From a virus, in IMG/VR virus record IMGVR_UViG_3300026478_000449: a stretch of 64,000 bases of DNA; one strand, written 5' to 3'. Positions within the stretch are counted from its first letter, which is position 1. Every line of letters begins with the position of its first letter. Shown here one piece after another: positions 56,870 to 64,000 of the stretch. The translations under genes and the position numbers were made by a program. The notes under the pieces are model-generated. The model was not told the origin of the DNA. It searched no databases and saw only the letters and a list, made by a program, of their open reading frames with translations.

Positions 56870-57481
56870 ATGGAAATAGTCTACGACAAAAACTACATAC
56901 GGGTCATTGACGCTGCCCTTGACCCAGAATTCTGCGATGAAATGGTCAAGGCCTTTGAACTCTGCGCTCGATTCCATAAGGAACGTCCGGGCGAGTGGGC
57001 CAAATTAATTGAATTAGATCTACACTCTACACGCCACCCTCAGGCTCGTAATCCCTGGGATCTTTATAAGAAAAGCAGCCACTGGGCCTATGATTGGACT
57101 GAGACCTGCGATCAACTCTCAGCTAGGGTCATACCCTTGGTCAGTGACTATAAGCGTGATTGGGACACTCTAAACATCTTGCCCTATGACTTTGCCCTAG
57201 AGGGTTTTAGAATCAAATGCTATAGACCCAATGGTCGTCATGAGTTTAAACTACACGCTGATAATACTACCCTAGAAACTTCATCTAGATTTTTGGCCTG
57301 TTTGTTTTATCTCAACGATTCGGACGCTGGCACAGAGTTTCCTTTGGAAAACATGACCGTGGCTGCTCGTCGAGGTCGGCTCTGTATATTCACACCCACT
57401 TGGCATTTTCCTCATGCAGGGCTTATGCCCCAAGACGGACAAACCAAATACATTCTTTCAACTTACTTGGTATTCAAATGA
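56870..57481 (+). CDS. prolyl-4-hydroxylase-like 2OG-Fe(II) oxygenase
   Basis: HADNTT (HxD) ... TWHFPHAG distal His. Confidence 0.45.
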   Translation: MEIVYDKNYIRVIDAALDPEFCDEMVKAFELCARFHKERPGEWAKLIELDLHSTRHPQARNPWDLYKKSSHWAYDWTETCDQLSARVIPLVSDYKRDWDTLNILPYDFALEGFRIKCYRPNGRHEFKLHADNTTLETSSRFLACLFYLNDSDAGTEFPLENMTVAARRGRLCIFTPTWHFPHAGLMPQDGQTKYILSTYLVFK

Positions 57482-58059
57482 AATCACAAAAACTACACTT
57501 ATTTTATGCTCCTGTTTATGTACGTGAACTAGAGGGCGAAGAACTAGATCGAGTACAGGCACAGATCAAACAAGCATTAGACCAGTTGGAAGTCAAGGAT
57601 AATCCCTGGGACGACGAAGTTAGTTCCAGCTTTAAATTTGACGGCTCCAACGATATTGTGGACCTGGGCATGAACCACCTAACTGACTCTATATTTGAAA
57701 GTCTACGTGATTGGTGTAATTTTATCAAATATCCAGTTAGACCCTTTAGGCTCACAGACAGCTGGGTCAATATCTACGAGCCCAAAAACTTCATGTACGA
57801 TCATGTACATCCGGAACGAGCTATTTCGGGCTGCTACTATTATCAAGCAGATGGTGATGAGGGTAATTTAACCTTTAAAAGCCCTAACCCTGTAGATCAT
57901 CTTAGACTATGGCCCGCAGATCTACTGCCACAACGTCAGAGCCATCATATACAGCCAAAAACAGGAACTTTGATCATGTTTCCTAGTTGGTTAACACACA
58001 AGGTAGGAGTTAACCGCACAGATAAACAGCGAGTCAGCATAGCATTTAATCTAGCCTAA
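57478..58059 (+). CDS. 2OG-Fe(II) oxygenase (TIGR02466-like)
   Basis: HVHPERAISGCYYYQ ... LIMFPSWLTHKV; ATGA overlap start. Confidence 0.5.
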   Translation: MKSQKLHLFYAPVYVRELEGEELDRVQAQIKQALDQLEVKDNPWDDEVSSSFKFDGSNDIVDLGMNHLTDSIFESLRDWCNFIKYPVRPFRLTDSWVNIYEPKNFMYDHVHPERAISGCYYYQADGDEGNLTFKSPNPVDHLRLWPADLLPQRQSHHIQPKTGTLIMFPSWLTHKVGVNRTDKQRVSIAFNLA

Positions 58060-58074
58060 GAACTAAATATTTTT

Positions 58075-58464
58075 ATGAATAGACTAATTGCTCTAGTATG
58101 TGTTTTCATGCTTTCTGGCTGCTCAAGCCTAGTAGGCATGATTCCTAGTTTTTCGGATCCTAATCAAAGTTCTAGAATAATCGATGTTCGTGCAGACATT
58201 GATCGTTTGGACTGCTCTCAAGAGCAGTTACCACAGGTACTAAAGATACAACAGGATCTACGTTGGTTTGAATTATACAGCCAATCCGCTGGTCGTAGAC
58301 ATCAGGATGTTATTAACATTATCAAACCCTTACAGGAAACCGTAGGAGACATGGTTACTCGAGCACAGACACAACAGGGTTCTAAGGTCTATTGTGAAAT
58401 TAAAAAGAAACTAATGGCAGCACAAGCAGAGCGTGCCGCAGCTAGTATCCTTGGGAGATTCTAA
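58075..58464 (+). CDS. lipoprotein
   Basis: MNRLIALVCVFMLSGCSS lipobox. Confidence 0.45.
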   Translation: MNRLIALVCVFMLSGCSSLVGMIPSFSDPNQSSRIIDVRADIDRLDCSQEQLPQVLKIQQDLRWFELYSQSAGRRHQDVINIIKPLQETVGDMVTRAQTQQGSKVYCEIKKKLMAAQAERAAASILGRF

Positions 58465-58697
58465 TGTTTGAACACCTACAACATCTAGCAGCCAATGGCC
58501 CAAGTTGGGCAGCACAAAGAGCTCAAATGGCCTTGGAAATTGCTGGCCAATATCAACAGGGTGGTATATCAGCGGATGAATATCGAGAACTAATGTTAGA
58601 CCTAGTTCGAGCAGATAGACTTGATGCAGAAGCCACTGACCTAGATACTAAAACACTTTTAGTCAACGCGATCTACGCAGTTGCTCAGGTAGCTTAA
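58464..58697 (+). CDS. hypothetical protein (77 aa)
   Basis: ATGA coupling. Confidence 0.35.
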   Translation: MFEHLQHLAANGPSWAAQRAQMALEIAGQYQQGGISADEYRELMLDLVRADRLDAEATDLDTKTLLVNAIYAVAQVA

Positions 58698-58698
58698 T

Positions 58699-59187
58699 AT
58701 GAAAATAAAAGATATTATTACAGAAAATATATTCACCACAGATTATCATAAGGTCATGCAGGCCGTGGCTGAACTTTACAAAGAACACTATGATATTAAT
58801 ATTTGGGAAAATGGCGATGCTCACGATGAAGCTGCCAAAGTTCTTTTGAAAGTACATCCAACAGAAGAAGAGCTTGAAATGATTATCAGCACAGCTCAAT
58901 TACCTGAGCGTTTTATGGATTTAGATTTTCCAATCAACGATGATGTTATGTTTGGAGGTGGCACAGACGATGAAGCAGTTGCAGAAGAACCTGCATCGCG
59001 TGCCTTATGTACATCGGGAAAGCCCGATAGTGCCCTTGGAGCCAGCCAGCTTGCTTCATGCAAGAGTCAAGGGTACAGATCAAGAGAAGGCGGCAAATCA
59101 CACAAGGTAGGCAGCGAACGTGTTAAAGTTAGAGGCAAAAAGATCAAAGGCAAAAAATACGGAGGCCCTTTACCTGATTGGAGTTAA
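58699..59187 (+). CDS. hypothetical protein with basic C-terminal tail
   Basis: KVRGKKIKGKKYGG tail. Confidence 0.35.
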   Translation: MKIKDIITENIFTTDYHKVMQAVAELYKEHYDINIWENGDAHDEAAKVLLKVHPTEEELEMIISTAQLPERFMDLDFPINDDVMFGGGTDDEAVAEEPASRALCTSGKPDSALGASQLASCKSQGYRSREGGKSHKVGSERVKVRGKKIKGKKYGGPLPDWS

Positions 59188-59190
59188 ACA

Positions 59191-59748
59191 ATGACTCAAT
59201 ACCGCCCTGGAGATTTATTGATATCTCCGCCAGCAATGGCAGACCCAAGATTTAAACAAACCGTAATATTATTGACCCAGGATACAAATCAGGGTAGTCA
59301 GGGCTTGTGCATTAACAGACCGTCCGGTCATACCGTTAATGAAATAATAAAACCAATTGAAATATCTCTGGAACAAGACATTCCTTTATATTGGGGTGGG
59401 CCAGTTGGAGTTAACACGGTATGGATGTTGCATGACCCAAGCTGGACAGCAGACAATACCTTAAGAATTGGAACACATTGGTCAATGACCAGTTCAATGA
59501 ATATGTTTCACAAGATCATCGATGGCGATAGACCAAAATGGTTTAGAGTTATGATTGGTCTAAGCAGTTGGGCACCAGGACAACTTGAAATGGAAATGGA
59601 CGGTGAAGGTCCGTGGACCATTGATTCTAGCTGGATAGTTGCCCGTGCTCCAGGCCCAGAAGATCTATTTACAATACCACCAAGAGACCTATGGAGTCAC
59701 TGCTGTGAACTTGCAGGAACACAGGCAGTGAATACTTGGTTAGTCTAA
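59191..59748 (+). CDS. YqgE/AlgH-family (UPF0301) protein
   Basis: LLISPPAMADPRFKQTVILLTQDTNQGSQGLCINRP parallels E. coli YqgE [36 protein letters not shown]. Confidence 0.5.
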   Translation: MTQYRPGDLLISPPAMADPRFKQTVILLTQDTNQGSQGLCINRPSGHTVNEIIKPIEISLEQDIPLYWGGPVGVNTVWMLHDPSWTADNTLRIGTHWSMTSSMNMFHKIIDGDRPKWFRVMIGLSSWAPGQLEMEMDGEGPWTIDSSWIVARAPGPEDLFTIPPRDLWSHCCELAGTQAVNTWLV

Positions 59749-60282
59749 TCTAAGATTCTTAATAGAAGCATTAAGATCGATTGCAGCCTTTAATGCTTGT
59801 TCTACAAGTTGATTAAAAGTAATATCGCGTTCGTGAGCAATCTTCATGTAATTTAAAAGTTCTTCGTCTGAGAACTCTACTTGAACCTGTACACGAGTAT
59901 CATATTCTTGATCGTTGCAGATAGCATAGGCCTTTTCAAGAAAGTCTTCATCTACATCAATGTCAACATACTTAACGGGTGTACCGTCATCTTTTTCCCA
60001 AGCCATATCAAGGATTTCTCGATCCTCAACTTCTGCATCAAAGGCAGGTTTGAACGCAAGATTGATCATACGATAAGCACGTTCACGTTTATAGTCAAAT
60101 GCTTCTACTTCATAGACAACCTGTGTTTTGGTATCAAACACAATGGTAATTGTGTGTCCTTCAATATCGCCATTCCAAGAATCTAAGCGATAAGCATCAC
60201 GCCCAAAACATTGCCAACCGTATTCACTACCTTCAGTAATACGATAGTTACAAGTTTCCATAAATTGCTTTAGAGTAATCAT
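59740..60282 (-). CDS. hypothetical protein (180 aa)
   Basis: Track ORF. Confidence 0.4.
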   Translation of the reverse strand: MITLKQFMETCNYRITEGSEYGWQCFGRDAYRLDSWNGDIEGHTITIVFDTKTQVVYEVEAFDYKRERAYRMINLAFKPAFDAEVEDREILDMAWEKDDGTPVKYVDIDVDEDFLEKAYAICNDQEYDTRVQVQVEFSDEELLNYMKIAHERDITFNQLVEQALKAAIDLNASIKNLRLD

Positions 60283-60518
60283 TTATTCACCTTAATGTCG
60301 TTTGTGTCATTTAATGTTGGTGCAATTTTCTCTACTTCTTCTTGAGTCATAAATCTTTGAGGCTCGCCTGCCCACCACGGCATCCAATGCCAACCCCAAG
60401 ACTTCCAGTACTTGGCTATAAGGTTATTAGCAATTAAGATTGCTCCTAGTATAACTAAAAATCCTATAGCCGTCAAAATTGATCCAGCCAAAAAAACTGC
60501 TGCTTGATCCATGTCCAT
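60279..60518 (-). CDS. small membrane protein, Trp-rich (79 aa)
   Basis: AAGGA RBS; TM helix; WKSWGWHWMPWW. Confidence 0.4.
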   Translation of the reverse strand: MDMDQAAVFLAGSILTAIGFLVILGAILIANNLIAKYWKSWGWHWMPWWAGEPQRFMTQEEVEKIAPTLNDTNDIKVNK

Positions 60519-60538
60519 CTTTGTGTCCTTTCTAACTA

Positions 60539-60570
60539 CATTATACGTGAATTATTATTAGTTGTCAATC
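60539..60570 (-). promoter_or_regulatory. sigma70 promoter
   Basis: GATTGACA-N17-TATAAT. Confidence 0.6.
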
Positions 60571-61208
60571 TTTCCTTGTACAATTAACACTTCCAAAGGG
60601 AATGAAAATGATTGTACAGATAGGCCTGTCAGCCCATTTAGTTTTAATTGTTCTTCTAATTCGGTTTTGGTAAAAGCGGCTCTTAAAGAGTTTCTAAAAT
60701 CTTCTTTAAATTTCTCGCCATCTAAAAAAGAAAATGTGTTTATGTAATACTCAATTGTATCTTCGCTGTCGGGTCGAGCTAGATCCAATACAAAAACATT
60801 CGATCCTGGTTTCGAAATGTTTTTTACAACGTTCCAAAAATCATTTGGGTTGTGAAAATGATGTAGAGTATTTGTAGATATAATCCAGTCATACTTTTTA
60901 TCAATATCGCTAAACATTTTGTTGTATAATGTAATTTGTCTATTATCTGCAACAACAAATTCTCTAGCAAGATCTATCATAGCAGGGGAACCGTCATAAC
61001 AATCAATATGAATGTTTCTAAATTCTCTAGATAATGCAAAAGAATAGTCTGCAGGACCACATCCTAAATCAGCAACATCACCTTGTACTTTGTGAGTGGC
61101 TATCTGACTAATGAAAAACTCTCTTAACCCTTCTCTATGTGCAGAATAAAATTCCATACACTGATCAGGATCGAGCATTAATATATCCGGTTCAATAGTT
61201 CTTATCAT
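60558..61208 (-). CDS. SAM-dependent methyltransferase
   Basis: VADLGCGPADYSFAL motif I. Confidence 0.45.
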   Translation of the reverse strand: MIRTIEPDILMLDPDQCMEFYSAHREGLREFFISQIATHKVQGDVADLGCGPADYSFALSREFRNIHIDCYDGSPAMIDLAREFVVADNRQITLYNKMFSDIDKKYDWIISTNTLHHFHNPNDFWNVVKNISKPGSNVFVLDLARPDSEDTIEYYINTFSFLDGEKFKEDFRNSLRAAFTKTELEEQLKLNGLTGLSVQSFSFPLEVLIVQGKIDN

Positions 61209-61828
61209 ACAGCGAATATGTTTGTACCAATAATAATTCTATCTTCTGTAGATTGATTGGGCATAGTCTTGTGTCTTAGATATGAAGGAAAGATAACAAG
61301 GTCTCCTTCTTCAACAGGCACTTCGTAATCAAACAACTGGTGATATGAACTTCTATTGTTAAATGAATATGGTTGATGTTTAAGTATTACTTCATTTGGG
61401 TGTTCAAAAACAAGATTGCCCGAATCTTTATTTTTCTTAAGATAAAAACTTGATGTTAACGGAACTGGACTATGATTGTGCGTATCGATAAATGACCCTG
61501 GAGCATATCGATTGGCCCACATCTCAACAATAGCAGGTTTTCCTGAATAATTTAAATGTTGCCAATATGCATTAACATGTTCTGTTAAAAATTCTAATAA
61601 CCCTTGTAGTTCGGGCATTGATTGTAAATTGCGTACAACATTATAAGAGCATAATCCACCGTTCCTCATTGAACCTTGATTGTCTTTAATTGTTTCAGCA
61701 AAGACAGGCTCAAGAAGGGGGATAACATTGTTTTGTAATTCAACAATGTTATCTTTATATTTTGTTCTATATATTGAAATAGCAAATATATCTTCAATCA
61801 TTATCTGTTCGAGCCCTACTATAATCAA
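61205..61828 (-). CDS. 2OG-Fe(II) oxygenase (TIGR02466-like)
   Basis: HNHSPVPLTSSFYL ... LVIFPSYLRHKT. Confidence 0.5.
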   Translation of the reverse strand: MIIVGLEQIMIEDIFAISIYRTKYKDNIVELQNNVIPLLEPVFAETIKDNQGSMRNGGLCSYNVVRNLQSMPELQGLLEFLTEHVNAYWQHLNYSGKPAIVEMWANRYAPGSFIDTHNHSPVPLTSSFYLKKNKDSGNLVFEHPNEVILKHQPYSFNNRSSYHQLFDYEVPVEEGDLVIFPSYLRHKTMPNQSTEDRIIIGTNIFAV

Positions 61829-62189
61829 ACCATCCTAATACTTCTGCAATAGGACGTTTTTGTTCAGCAATGGTCTTTTTAATATGTTCAGCCATTAAAC
61901 GTTTTACATATGGATATATTGGGCTTTCTGAAACTTTAAAATCCCAAGCACGAGTATCGAAACCTCCTGCATAATAGATTCTTCGATAGTCCTGTTCCAT
62001 AGATGTTTTCATTTCTGGAGTAGCAAAGATACCAAACGGTTCTAAAGCCATATTCATAGCCATAGTATGTGTCATAGCAATGCCGTTCCAATAACATATA
62101 TATTCGTCAGAATTTCTAATATACAATAGAACCGGTTTTGGATCTAGTACACTCCAACTTAGTTCAGAACGCATTTTCGTAATCTCCAT
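61794..62189 (-). CDS. hypothetical protein (131 aa)
   Basis: Track ORF. Confidence 0.35.
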   Translation of the reverse strand: MEITKMRSELSWSVLDPKPVLLYIRNSDEYICYWNGIAMTHTMAMNMALEPFGIFATPEMKTSMEQDYRRIYYAGGFDTRAWDFKVSESPIYPYVKRLMAEHIKKTIAEQKRPIAEVLGWFDYSRARTDND

Positions 62190-62883
62190 CTACTTGGAAT
62201 TCTTGTTTTGCTACAGGATTATTTCGAACAGAATCAAGCAAACCGTCTACAGGACGATAACCATAAGTCCAATATTTTGCAAGACGTTTAGCAGCATCTG
62301 GTTGCAATGGCATGTTCATTCTTAGATTTTTCTCACGAATATCTCGAGCAGTAGTTTTACCCATTAACCACTCTTGACCTCCTGTGCCAATTTGACAAAC
62401 ACTAATATCAAAATTATCAATAACTTCTTGTAAGTTTTTAAAATACCTACGCTTAATGATCTGTAAAGTCCAATACTTACTATCTTTACTATGATAGCTT
62501 AACGTGGTGGCATTTTCACTTTCAAATTTTGTAGAATAACGACCGTAGCTTTTAATCTCATCGATAATTTGTTGTGCCTGTTCAGGAGATGAACAGAACA
62601 CATCAATATCAGCATCTCCTACAGGAAGACCTTGATACCAGCGTAGACATGCACCACCGGCGATCCATGGCCCGTTTTTCATGTCTGGACAAATGATAGA
62701 CACAGGTTCTTGATCGTCATTGTGACAACACGGAACCCTAATAATCTTTACAGGCTGATTGTAGTTTTTATGTTGCGGCTTGTAATAAGACGCATCGTTT
62801 CTCCAATCATCAAAAATATCACTTAGAATCGATCCCATTGTCTTCTTTCTTTTTTTCGATAGGTGGAGGAAAGTAAGGTTCAA
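62164..62883 (-). CDS. nucleotidyltransferase-domain protein
   Basis: AGGACLRWYQGLPVGDADIDVF (GG-x10-DxD). Confidence 0.4.
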   Translation of the reverse strand: MNLTFLHLSKKRKKTMGSILSDIFDDWRNDASYYKPQHKNYNQPVKIIRVPCCHNDDQEPVSIICPDMKNGPWIAGGACLRWYQGLPVGDADIDVFCSSPEQAQQIIDEIKSYGRYSTKFESENATTLSYHSKDSKYWTLQIIKRRYFKNLQEVIDNFDISVCQIGTGGQEWLMGKTTARDIREKNLRMNMPLQPDAAKRLAKYWTYGYRPVDGLLDSVRNNPVAKQEFQVDGDYENAF

Positions 62884-62952
62884 TTACATAATGGTTGGCT
62901 CCCCACCAGCCAAAAGCTGATAGGAATCCCCACATCACGATTTCAATAACCA

Positions 62953-63471
62953 TCACGCAGCCTTTTGTTCTGGAACTGGAACTGGTTCACCGCCGTCTGG
63001 ATCGGGCGGGGTTGTGTCGTTGTCGTCGTAGAGTTGACCTTTAAAGAATTCAAGTTGATCAATCATTTGTTGACAACCTGCCTTATTCATGGTAATCTCG
63101 CTGTAGCCCATTTGGAAACTAACACGGTTGTTGTCAGTTAGGCCCAGGCGATAAAAAATCTTAGCAGGTTCTTCTTTTTTGGGTTCTGGTTTAGGTTCTG
63201 TAGGCTCTACCAGTTTAGGAAAGTCTACAACATTGCCTTTATCTTTTTTGCCAAACAAATTGAACATTTTCTTATCCCAATTTATATCTAAATTAAACCA
63301 ACGCCCCCAGGGTGGAAACACAAAGGGAGCAACTAGAACAGATAACCATGCTATCTGTATTTGCGGTGATAGGTCTGCTTCGATAAAAAATATATCTAGC
63401 ATACCTATCACTAGGTAGAGGGCACTACACCAAAATAGGTAGTAGCCCCCTGAGCGTCCGAAAATCTTCAT
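62953..63471 (-). CDS. membrane protein, possible NfeD-like partner of the SPFH protein
   Basis: Two N-terminal TM helices; immediately downstream of the SPFH gene. Confidence 0.3.
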   Translation of the reverse strand: MKIFGRSGGYYLFWCSALYLVIGMLDIFFIEADLSPQIQIAWLSVLVAPFVFPPWGRWFNLDINWDKKMFNLFGKKDKGNVVDFPKLVEPTEPKPEPKKEEPAKIFYRLGLTDNNRVSFQMGYSEITMNKAGCQQMIDQLEFFKGQLYDDNDTTPPDPDGGEPVPVPEQKAA

Positions 63472-64000
63472 TACTTGTTAATCATCAAGCCAGTCATGTT
63501 GCTTGGCACAATGATAGTCTGCACCTTACCATTCTTAATACCTTCGGAGATATTAAGTGCGGCCTGTGCGTTCATGAATGCGATCGAACTGGCTGAGTTA
63601 TTAGCCAAAGCAGCCATACGTTCTGCTTCTTTCTTAGCAGTCTGCACTTCTACTTCTTTTTGCTTGTATTCGTTCTTAGCACGAACAAGAGCATTGGCTG
63701 ATTCTACAACACTGTCTGCTGGAACGATATTACGAATCAACACCTGTCCAACCATCAAACTGCCGTCCAACTTTTCATCAGCAAGCGACTTTTGGATCTG
63801 TTCTTTAATAGCGATTTCCATCTGTGTGCGGTTGTCCGCCATGTCCAATGCTTCATACTTACGTGCTTCTTTGTAGATAGCATTACGAGTAGCTTGAACG
63901 ATGTAGTTATACATCAGGTAGATGTCGCCATTGTGTCGTGCATGGAATGCCTGACTCTTTTGTGAATAAAGCTCTGCGACCTGTGCTTGATTAATGTTAT
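63471..64000 (-). CDS. SPFH/band-7 (prohibitin/HflK-C-like) protein, 5-prime end outside window
   Basis: VLIRNI...AERMAALANNSA...; reading frame stays open beyond 64000. Confidence 0.5.
   Translation of the reverse strand, partial: NINQAQVAELYSQKSQAFHARHNGDIYLMYNYIVQATRNAIYKEARKYEALDMADNRTQMEIAIKEQIQKSLADEKLDGSLMVGQVLIRNIVPADSVVESANALVRAKNEYKQKEVEVQTAKKEAERMAALANNSASSIAFMNAQAALNISEGIKNGKVQTIIVPSNMTGLMINK

Overview
This window looks like part of a divergent T4-like phage, probably marine given its cyanophage/pelagiphage-style accessory genes. The assignment rests on protein motifs read directly from the translations, compared against T4 and E. coli sequences from memory; no search was run.

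Layout by region:
- 1-9.9 kb (+ strand): a late/structural block. It holds a T4 gp17-like large terminase, a 589-aa acidic-tailed virion protein, an Ig-like fibre/adhesin, three small secreted proteins, and three rho-independent terminators.
- 10-35.6 kb (+ strand): a T4-type replication/recombination module (gp32 SSB, UvsX, UvsW, gp61 primase, gp41 helicase). It is interrupted at 13.1-22.8 kb by a 13-gene nucleotide-sugar/glycosyltransferase island with two paralogous expansions (4x DxD-type and 3x GT-B-like transferases, plus sugar dehydrogenase, epimerase, GT8-like and a cytidylyltransferase-cupin fusion). The module also holds a 192-aa stand-alone protein carrying the catalytic palm motifs of DnaE (Pol III alpha), a carbamoyltransferase (Kae1/NodU)-type domain protein, and cyanophage-type 2OG-Fe(II) oxygenase paralogs.
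- 36-55.6 kb (mostly - strand): a T4-like hyperplastic early region. Dozens of small ORFs, several under 60 aa and missed by the ORF track, are each preceded by a near-perfect sigma70 promoter of the form GGTTGACA-N17-TATAAT/TACAAT; 22 strong copies plus 3 weaker ones are listed. The region also contains a MoxR/CobS-like AAA+ ATPase with a metallopeptidase-like/vWA partner, an AAA ATPase, a SWIM zinc-finger protein, a GIY-YIG nuclease, a TraR/DksA-like protein, two tRNAs (Met-CAT, Arg-TCT) and three intrinsic terminators.
- 54.5-55.0 kb: an iteron-rich non-coding region next to the tRNAs, with a recurring GGCCCCGCTG motif. It is a candidate origin or regulatory hub.
- 55.6-64 kb: further oxygenase paralogs, a YqgE/AlgH homolog, two SAM methyltransferases, a nucleotidyltransferase, and a 5-prime-truncated SPFH/band-7 gene with a membrane partner.

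Coordinates for motif-level features are approximate (about +/-2 nt).
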